A stretch of DNA of 64,000 nt from a virus. Positions 58,160 through 64,000 of the stretch are shown here, piece after piece; position 1 is the stretch's first letter, and every line of letters starts with the position of its first letter. The DNA lies in IMG/VR virus record IMGVR_UViG_3300026484_000436, positions 32,001-96,000 of that record. One strand, written 5' to 3'. Under the pieces are notes generated by a model, which did no database searches, was not told where the DNA came from, and worked only from the letters and a program-made list of their open reading frames with translations. The translations under genes were made by a program, and so were the position numbers.

Positions 58160-58498
58160 TTAGTCCCAAAATTTCATTATATCTCTTCCTAATTGACAGT
58201 AAAATTCCTTGTAATTTTCTGTTTTTTCGATTATTTCCAATAAATCTTGTATTTTCTTTTTAACTTTTTTGTCGCCCACGAAATTTGAATCTACACCATA
58301 GTGTTTTTCCATATCTTTTAAAATAGTAATTACAAAATTATTCAAGTACTCATAATCCCACCAATTATAACTATTCAAGTTGTCATCAAAAATATCCAAG
58401 TTTCTAATGTAATTTTGTTTTTGATGTTTATCTAAGAATTTCTTTTTTTTGAGTTTCTTATTCAATTTTTTTAGTTGTTTTTTTGAAAATTTTTTCAT
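58160..58498 (-). CDS. Hypothetical protein
   Basis: AAGGAG RBS before MKKFSKK; start re-assigned. Confidence 0.5.
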   Translation of the reverse strand: MKKFSKKQLKKLNKKLKKKKFLDKHQKQNYIRNLDIFDDNLNSYNWWDYEYLNNFVITILKDMEKHYGVDSNFVGDKKVKKKIQDLLEIIEKTENYKEFYCQLGRDIMKFWD

Positions 58499-58508
58499 TT
58501 TTATCTCC

Positions 58509-59294
58509 TTATATTTTAAATTCACAAGAACCTGTTCCATTATATCCATAAGGACACCACTTACAAACTAATTTTGAAGGAGTTGGTTGATAATCTTCTG
58601 CTTTGTCTGAATTTGGTATTTTCATTCCCCTTAAAATTAAATTTTCTATCGTTTTTTGCAAATCATCCAGTGTAACTCGTCTTGTAAGTTTTTCATTATG
58701 GTCTAAATAATAATATCCTACAATGATTTTATCAAAGGGTCTTTTTTTCAAAATGACATTTAAAGCATAAGCATATAAATAAACTTGTAAAAAAGTTTCA
58801 TCTGTATCTTTTGCGATGTTACCTGTTTTCCAATCTATCACATATAAAGTATTGTCATCTGTACCATAATAATCTATATAACCGGCAAAATCACTTTTTC
58901 TACTATATCTATCTGAAACCTCAACTGTTCCATCAGACATAAAATTCATACTAAATGGTGCTTCTGTTTCATAATCAAGACTCAATAATTTTTTAACGAA
59001 TGGAGTTTCAAGTGCTAAGTCGCATTTTTTACTTGTTTTTTCATAATCGTCCTTTGATAATGTACTCGACTTGAATTGACAAGGTGTATGCTTGAACTTG
59101 CTTTCCATATATTTATGGGCATATTGTCCAATTTTGAAAAATTTTGGATTATATTCACTTTTAGGAACTTTCTCTTTAACGATATTTTGTAAATAATATC
59201 TATAAGGGCAACTCTCATAAACTTTTAATTTTGTTATGCTAAGACTCAATCGGTCTTTATATTTTTCTGTTTTTTCAAGTATTTCTTTAAGCAT
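58509..59294 (-). CDS. PD-(D/E)XK RecB/Cas4-like exonuclease with a four-Cys cluster
   Basis: LS.TKL..Y..CP..YY, GYID, IDWKTG, Q...Y, CKWCPY...C; MLKEILE leader. Confidence 0.88.
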   Translation of the reverse strand: MLKEILEKTEKYKDRLSLSITKLKVYESCPYRYYLQNIVKEKVPKSEYNPKFFKIGQYAHKYMESKFKHTPCQFKSSTLSKDDYEKTSKKCDLALETPFVKKLLSLDYETEAPFSMNFMSDGTVEVSDRYSRKSDFAGYIDYYGTDDNTLYVIDWKTGNIAKDTDETFLQVYLYAYALNVILKKRPFDKIIVGYYYLDHNEKLTRRVTLDDLQKTIENLILRGMKIPNSDKAEDYQPTPSKLVCKWCPYGYNGTGSCEFKI

Positions 59295-59305
59295 TTATGA
59301 CCTTT

Positions 59306-59590
59306 CTATTTATTTAATCCATAAACTTCACAATTCGTAGAATATCCATTTGAAAACATAAATCCAAAATTGTGCCCATCATCTAAGATACCTGTTATTT
59401 TTGACTTGTCAATATCAACGAAACCTTTTCCTTTGATATGGCAAATTACTGAAACATTATCGTTACTTTTAATCTCGTTAATGTATTGTCTTTCTTCAAA
59501 TGTACCTAAGTACCATAAACCATATAACAACCCTAATAGTCCTAAAAACTTATATCCAGGTTTTGTTTTTACTCTTTCAATTATTGTCAT
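59306..59590 (-). CDS. Small membrane-anchored protein
   Basis: One TM helix plus a Cys-containing domain; has its own sigma70 promoter. Confidence 0.55.
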   Translation of the reverse strand: MTIIERVKTKPGYKFLGLLGLLYGLWYLGTFEERQYINEIKSNDNVSVICHIKGKGFVDIDKSKITGILDDGHNFGFMFSNGYSTNCEVYGLNK

Positions 59591-59617
59591 GTGAATTCCT
59601 TTTCATTTTATATTATA

Positions 59618-59646
59618 ATTATATCAAAAATAAAATAAAAAGTCAA
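59618..59646 (-). promoter_or_regulatory. Sigma70-type promoter with extended -10
   Basis: TTGACT-N17-TATAAT with TG. Confidence 0.8.
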
Positions 59647-59661
59647 GTGAAAAATAACTTT

Positions 59662-60024
59662 TTAAAAGTTATTTTCCATAAATTCAATATGTACGATTAA
59701 CTGGTCATTTGATAGAGCATTAAAAACTGTTTCAACGAAGTATTCTCCCCCATCAAGGTCAGCAGCATATTCATAGTAATAATCTTCAATGAATTTTTTA
59801 TATTTATGTTTTGCATAAAGTTCATTTAATTCTGGATAATTGTTTTCAAAATCCCCATCTTCCATAACCAATAAATCAGCGACTTCTTTTGCTTCTTTAT
59901 CACTTAAACCACTTACAAATTCTTCAGCAACTGCCGAAACACCAGCACCACCAATAATTTCTTGTAATCTTTCGTAAAGAGCATTTCTTTCAGATCCTAA
60001 ACCTTCTAAAACTTCTTTAAGCAT
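59662..60024 (-). CDS. Acidic MLKEVLE-leader protein
   Basis: Start re-assigned to ATG 60024 after AAGGA; TTAAATA at 60042-60048. Confidence 0.6.
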   Translation of the reverse strand: MLKEVLEGLGSERNALYERLQEIIGGAGVSAVAEEFVSGLSDKEAKEVADLLVMEDGDFENNYPELNELYAKHKYKKFIEDYYYEYAADLDGGEYFVETVFNALSNDQLIVHIEFMENNF

Positions 60025-60040
60025 TGATATCCTTTTGTTT

Positions 60041-60685
60041 TTATTTAATCTCAATTTTACAAATTTTTTCGAGTGTATTTTTATTTGTGAAATAGTTCAA
60101 TCTTTTTATATTTTTATCATTCGGGAATAATATATAATAAACATTATTTTTTGTTTTTATAATACGATAATAAAATTTTGGAACTATCTCACCTCTTTTA
60201 AGTCTAAATTTTTCCCCACAATTTCCTGTAATCACTTGAACTTTTCCATATTTTTTAGCAAGTAAAATTTCGAAATTTTCATATTTCCTATTTATAATTC
60301 TATTAACTTTTGGATATTGTGGGGCAATGTTAGACATCAAAAAAGTTTCTTTTTGTGCTTTCAAGTTGTCATTAAAAGCATTGTTACTAACTGTATGTCC
60401 CCTATCAATCTTAAACCCATTCAATTTTGATTTATAATCTGAACTTTTCGCATAAGGTAATTTCATAGACCTAACCTGTTTATCAATCGAAAAATACTTA
60501 ATTCTTTTCAATGGGTCTTTTTCGACATTTTCTTTTCTCAATGTATAAACAGCATATCTTGGTATTTTACCTTCCACAGAATAGAAAAGTGTAAATTTTG
60601 ATTTTTCTAACTTAACCAATTTTTCTGGGTATTGTATTGTTAAACCATTTAAAAAAATGGCAAAAAATAATAACAAATATTTCAT
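60041..60685 (-). CDS. Exported DNA/RNA non-specific endonuclease (NucA/EndA, DRGH family)
   Basis: Signal peptide MKYLLLFFAIFLNG; DRGH, TF.MSNIAPQ...N motifs. Confidence 0.9.
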   Translation of the reverse strand: MKYLLLFFAIFLNGLTIQYPEKLVKLEKSKFTLFYSVEGKIPRYAVYTLRKENVEKDPLKRIKYFSIDKQVRSMKLPYAKSSDYKSKLNGFKIDRGHTVSNNAFNDNLKAQKETFLMSNIAPQYPKVNRIINRKYENFEILLAKKYGKVQVITGNCGEKFRLKRGEIVPKFYYRIIKTKNNVYYILFPNDKNIKRLNYFTNKNTLEKICKIEIK

Positions 60686-60736
60686 TAGGATCCTTTCATA
60701 ATTATAATATACTTATATTTAAAAATTAACTTTTTC

Positions 60737-60765
60737 TTGATTTTTTAAATACTTTTGAATATAAT
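60737..60765 (+). promoter_or_regulatory. Nested sigma70 promoter and late TTAAATA motif driving the two-component operon
   Basis: TTGATT-N17-TATAAT; TTAAATACTTTTGA at 60745-60758. Confidence 0.6.
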
Positions 60766-60778
60766 AAAAGGCATTTTA

Positions 60779-61258
60779 ATGGATAAAAAAATCTTACAAC
60801 TATTAGAAGATATAGAAAAAATTAGAATAACTTTAATATCTAATCTTAACTCTAATTCATTAAATTCTCAAGAAATAAATGAGAGAATTATTGATTTGAG
60901 TTCTAAATATAAAGACCAAGATTTAAACGACTTATTAAAATTTATTGTTTATATGAATGATAATCTAAATAATCTAAATAATAATACGAGTGAAGCATTT
61001 TTAGAAGCACTTGATAAATTATTAGATAAGAAAAAAGAACTTATAGAAATAATTAGACATCAAAAAATTCAAGTAACACCGAAGAATAAAAATAATTTTA
61101 ATGAATTCGTAAAATCAATAGGATGGCAGCATTCAATTATAACTATTGGATTTATTGGAATGCTTATTGTCATTTTTTTATTTTTTCACCCAGAAAAAAC
61201 AGAAACCATTGTAAATGGTGGAGTAGCAATAACAAAAAATATAAAAGGCAAAAAATGA
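60779..61258 (+). CDS. Coiled-coil protein with one C-terminal TM helix (first gene of the two-component operon)
   Basis: AAAGG RBS before ATG 60779; ATGA overlap with the next gene. Confidence 0.65.
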   Translation: MDKKILQLLEDIEKIRITLISNLNSNSLNSQEINERIIDLSSKYKDQDLNDLLKFIVYMNDNLNNLNNNTSEAFLEALDKLLDKKKELIEIIRHQKIQVTPKNKNNFNEFVKSIGWQHSIITIGFIGMLIVIFLFFHPEKTETIVNGGVAITKNIKGKK

Positions 61259-61932
61259 GTTTCTTAAAAAACATTTTTAAAAAATTTTTAAAAAAACCAA
61301 ATATTGTACCAGAAGAAAAAGGAAGTATTGAAACTGATTTAGATTATATAGAAGGTTATGATTTTTCAACCTTATGTGCTCAATGTATGTTTAGACAAAA
61401 TTGTTCTAAGAATAGTCATTTTTGTGAAAAATGGCATAAAGAATGGGACAAATCAAAAAGGACATTTTTAATAATAGATGATAACTTTGGTATAGTCGCG
61501 ATTATCAAAGATATAATTGATGAATTAAATGAAGAAGGAAAAATAGATCTTAAAGAATGGAATATTCTTTCATTTCAAGAAAAACAAGCAGGAATTCAAT
61601 TAATAAAAGCACTTAAAATAGATAAATTAAAAGTCGATGCTGCTTTTATTGATATGACATATGGAAGTATTATTAGAATAAAAGATAAAAACATAAAAAT
61701 AAATGGTATTCATATTTTTAAATTTTTAAAAGATATAAACAAAAATTTAAAATTTAAGTTTTATACAGGAAATATATTAAATGATTACATAAGCAATAAT
61801 AAAGAAATTATCGATTATTTTAAAAAAATAACAGGTGAGGATATTGAAAATTATATGATTTTAAAATCAGGAACAACAGATGAAGATTTAAAAGAGGAAG
61901 TTTTAAATCTTTTTCGAAAGGTTGATAAATGA
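61255..61932 (+). CDS. Receiver-domain response regulator with an N-terminal Cys cluster and no DNA-binding output
   Basis: LIIDD, FIDM (phospho-acceptor Asp), NG, YTG, K; CAQC-x5-C-x6-C; start re-assigned to 61255. Confidence 0.8.
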   Translation: MSFLKNIFKKFLKKPNIVPEEKGSIETDLDYIEGYDFSTLCAQCMFRQNCSKNSHFCEKWHKEWDKSKRTFLIIDDNFGIVAIIKDIIDELNEEGKIDLKEWNILSFQEKQAGIQLIKALKIDKLKVDAAFIDMTYGSIIRIKDKNIKINGIHIFKFLKDINKNLKFKFYTGNILNDYISNNKEIIDYFKKITGEDIENYMILKSGTTDEDLKEEVLNLFRKVDK

Positions 61933-63101
61933 ACCTTATTTCAAAACTTTTAATATCTTTTTTTGTATTTGTTATTTTTTTATGTTCTTCTTTATTTTTT
62001 GCATTTAATTATTTTGAGGTGAAGTATTTTACTGAGCATTATTACTCAACTAAAAAAGTATCAAAAGATTTTCATTTAACGAATGAAAATAAATATACTG
62101 CTTTTTTAAAAAATAAAGAAATTGTATATTGTGATAAAAATAAATGTATTGCTAAAAAAATAAAATTTAATGATTTTTTTATCATAACAACTATTATTAG
62201 TACAATTTTTACATTGATTTGGGGATATTATAGCCTTAAAACTATTAAAAAAAGTGAAGAAGAAAAATTTTTAGTAAAAAGTAGTAATCTTGAAGCATTA
62301 GCAACTCAAAATAGTATGACACTCTTAACGGAAAATATCCATCACGAACTTAATTCCCCTTTGCAAGTACTACAAAGGAATTGTAAAAAAACAAGAATGA
62401 TATTATTTGAAGTTTTAAAAGAAAAGTATTTTCCTGATAGATTCATAAATGATGAACACGATTTAAAAAAGATGTTTATTTATAATCATATAAATTATAT
62501 AAAAATAGGTGAGAAAAAAATTCAAGTGGATGCGATGTTTGACTTATTTATGTTATCTACAACTTCATTAGAACAAATTCAAGGTATTTTAATGAATATG
62601 TCTAATTTTAAGCAATTAAGATACACTAATGGAAATAAATCCGTTTATGAAATAATTGAGGGAGCAGCGAAAATTTTAAATGTTACAATAGACACACCAT
62701 TTAAAATTTATATAGAAGAGGGAATTGGAGATTATAAATTAGACCATTCTAATGGATTTAAAAATGCCGATTTAGTGAATATCATCATAAATCACTTGAA
62801 AAACAGCGTTGAAGCAAATTCGACAAAAATTGATATAACTATTGAAAATACCAAAGATGGATTTATGCTTTTAAATGTAAAAGATAATGGAAATGGTATT
62901 CCAGAAGAATTTCAAAAAAGTATTTTTCAACCAAATAAATCCTCTAAAAAAGATACATTAGGTTTAAGAGGTAATGGGTTATTTTTAAATCAGAATTTAT
63001 TGAAAATGTATGGCGGAGATATTCGACTTAAAAAGAGCAAACCTGGACAAGGGACAGAATTTGTTTTAAAACTGCCCATTATTCACTATAAAAACGATTA
63101 A
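61929..63101 (+). CDS. Membrane sensor histidine kinase
   Basis: Two TM helices; H-box IHHELNSPL, N-box NHLKNSVEA, G1 DNGNGI, F-box IFQP, G2 GNGLFL, GTEF. Confidence 0.93.
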   Translation: MNLISKLLISFFVFVIFLCSSLFFAFNYFEVKYFTEHYYSTKKVSKDFHLTNENKYTAFLKNKEIVYCDKNKCIAKKIKFNDFFIITTIISTIFTLIWGYYSLKTIKKSEEEKFLVKSSNLEALATQNSMTLLTENIHHELNSPLQVLQRNCKKTRMILFEVLKEKYFPDRFINDEHDLKKMFIYNHINYIKIGEKKIQVDAMFDLFMLSTTSLEQIQGILMNMSNFKQLRYTNGNKSVYEIIEGAAKILNVTIDTPFKIYIEEGIGDYKLDHSNGFKNADLVNIIINHLKNSVEANSTKIDITIENTKDGFMLLNVKDNGNGIPEEFQKSIFQPNKSSKKDTLGLRGNGLFLNQNLLKMYGGDIRLKKSKPGQGTEFVLKLPIIHYKND

Positions 63102-63670
63102 GAAATCCTCACATAATACTCTTTATTAAGGGTATTATGTTTAATTTTTATAATTCCCTTTGTAATATCTAACTTTTTAAGTACTTCATTTTGATAAATG
63201 TATTGTATATCATAACATTTTAAATTATCATCTATTTCTGAAACAATTTCATAATCACTATTAAATTTTACATTTTTCGGCATTGAAGCACTTTCTTCAT
63301 CTTTAAAATAAACATCCTTTTTAACTATTTCATATTCTTTTATTTTTTTAACAAATTTATTTTTGCCAAATAGTAAATTAAAACTTGTAAAATATCTTTT
63401 CTCATCTAAAACAGTTAAAAGTTTAAAATAATCTACCCCATCTTTAACGAAATGTCTAAATGGTACAAAAAAACATTTTTCAAATTTTTTGCCTTTTTTA
63501 TAAAAAGTTTTTTTAATCATAATTATATTTTTTATAAATTGATTTCCTTTTTTATTATCTTCGTGCCCATATAAAAAAGATAAATCTCCTTTTAATAATT
63601 CTTCAACATCGTTGAAATATGTTCTTTGTTTTAATGCTTCTCTAAAATGTCTATTTGCTAAAATTATCAT
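63098..63670 (-). CDS. Hypothetical protein
   Basis: ORF convergent with the kinase gene. Confidence 0.5.
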   Translation of the reverse strand: MIILANRHFREALKQRTYFNDVEELLKGDLSFLYGHEDNKKGNQFIKNIIMIKKTFYKKGKKFEKCFFVPFRHFVKDGVDYFKLLTVLDEKRYFTSFNLLFGKNKFVKKIKEYEIVKKDVYFKDEESASMPKNVKFNSDYEIVSEIDDNLKCYDIQYIYQNEVLKKLDITKGIIKIKHNTLNKEYYVRIS

Positions 63671-63694
63671 GTGTTACCCTTTTATTTTTAATTT

Positions 63695-63721
63695 ATTAGT
63701 GGGGTGTTACCACCCACTAAT
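63695..63721 (-). terminator. Hairpin overlapping the stop of 63707..63970
   Basis: ATTAGTGGG...CCCACTAAT inverted repeat. Confidence 0.55.
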
Positions 63722-63970
63722 ATCCATAATATCGTTATTTTCTTCAACGATTTCTTCTTTAACTTCCTCGTTTTTACTTTTTTTAGGAGTGTCTTTTTCA
63801 ACGATTAACTCTTCAACTTTAATATCTTCTTCGCCTTTTAGTATCTTAAAATAACTTGTATCTTTTGCCAATCTTATACCAAAATTTATTATGGAAGTGA
63901 TGTGAATTGGGTCAATTTCACCCAAAATCTCAACACTTTTATCATCTAATTTTAATTTAACTTCTTTCAT
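63707..63970 (-). CDS. Hypothetical protein
   Basis: AAGGA RBS. Confidence 0.55.
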   Translation of the reverse strand: MKEVKLKLDDKSVEILGEIDPIHITSIINFGIRLAKDTSYFKILKGEEDIKVEELIVEKDTPKKSKNEEVKEEIVEENNDIMDISGW

Positions 63971-64000
63971 AATTTTCCTTTATAAGTAAGAATAACCTCT

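Noticed and set aside
58509-59294. Cas4-like gene as part of a CRISPR-Cas locus
   Set aside because: No array or other cas genes in the window; solo PD-(D/E)XK exonucleases are common in phages
2432-59700. Many short plus-strand ORFs opposite minus-strand genes (e.g. 9359, 22848, 28165, 36657, 53923, 56488)
   Set aside because: Antisense shadows with F/S/L/I bias, no RBS and no motifs
61123-61254. Long N-terminal extension of the response regulator given in the ORF track
   Set aside because: Overlaps the upstream gene and is W/Y/N-rich nonsense; the ATGA-coupled start at 61255 is more plausible
1-64000. Alternative genetic code, tRNA or rRNA genes
   Set aside because: Recognisable genes translate full length in code 11 with dense packing; intergenic gaps are short and I saw no cloverleaf or rRNA-like sequence

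Overview
This is a very AT-rich 64 kb segment of a large T4-like (contractile-tailed) phage genome, and nearly all genes lie on the minus strand. The host is probably a Campylobacterota (Epsilonproteobacteria) member, inferred from the pilin leader, ThyX, DHH and hemerythrin genes, AAGGA ribosome-binding sites and extended -10 promoters. Bases 1-37 kb are morphogenesis genes: tail fibres and fibre adaptors, baseplate (gp6/gp25/gp5/gp27/gp53/gp26-like), tape measure and LamG lectin proteins. A plus-strand lysis cassette follows (GH108 endolysin, holin, i-/o-spanin), then accessory and DNA-metabolism genes (thyX, RNA ligase, RNase HII, nrdA/nrdB, PD-(D/E)XK nuclease, secreted DRGH nuclease). The strongest findings are: (1) an AAA+ ATPase gene split inside its Walker A motif by an atypically split intein with a 13-residue N-fragment, plus a fossil GIY-YIG homing endonuclease in the spacer; (2) a phage-encoded two-component system (membrane protein, Cys-rich receiver-only regulator, histidine kinase) that shares an identical 14-bp promoter element with the lysis cassette; (3) a family of late-expressed proteins with a shared MLKE(I/V)LE N-terminus resembling a capsid-targeting signal, one of them in a nucleotidyltransferase/nuclease/ligase operon; (4) a phage-borne pilin and hemerythrin; (5) strong CATG avoidance, with the surviving sites confined to a CATGYG context. 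All assignments come from reading motifs by eye; no searches were run.
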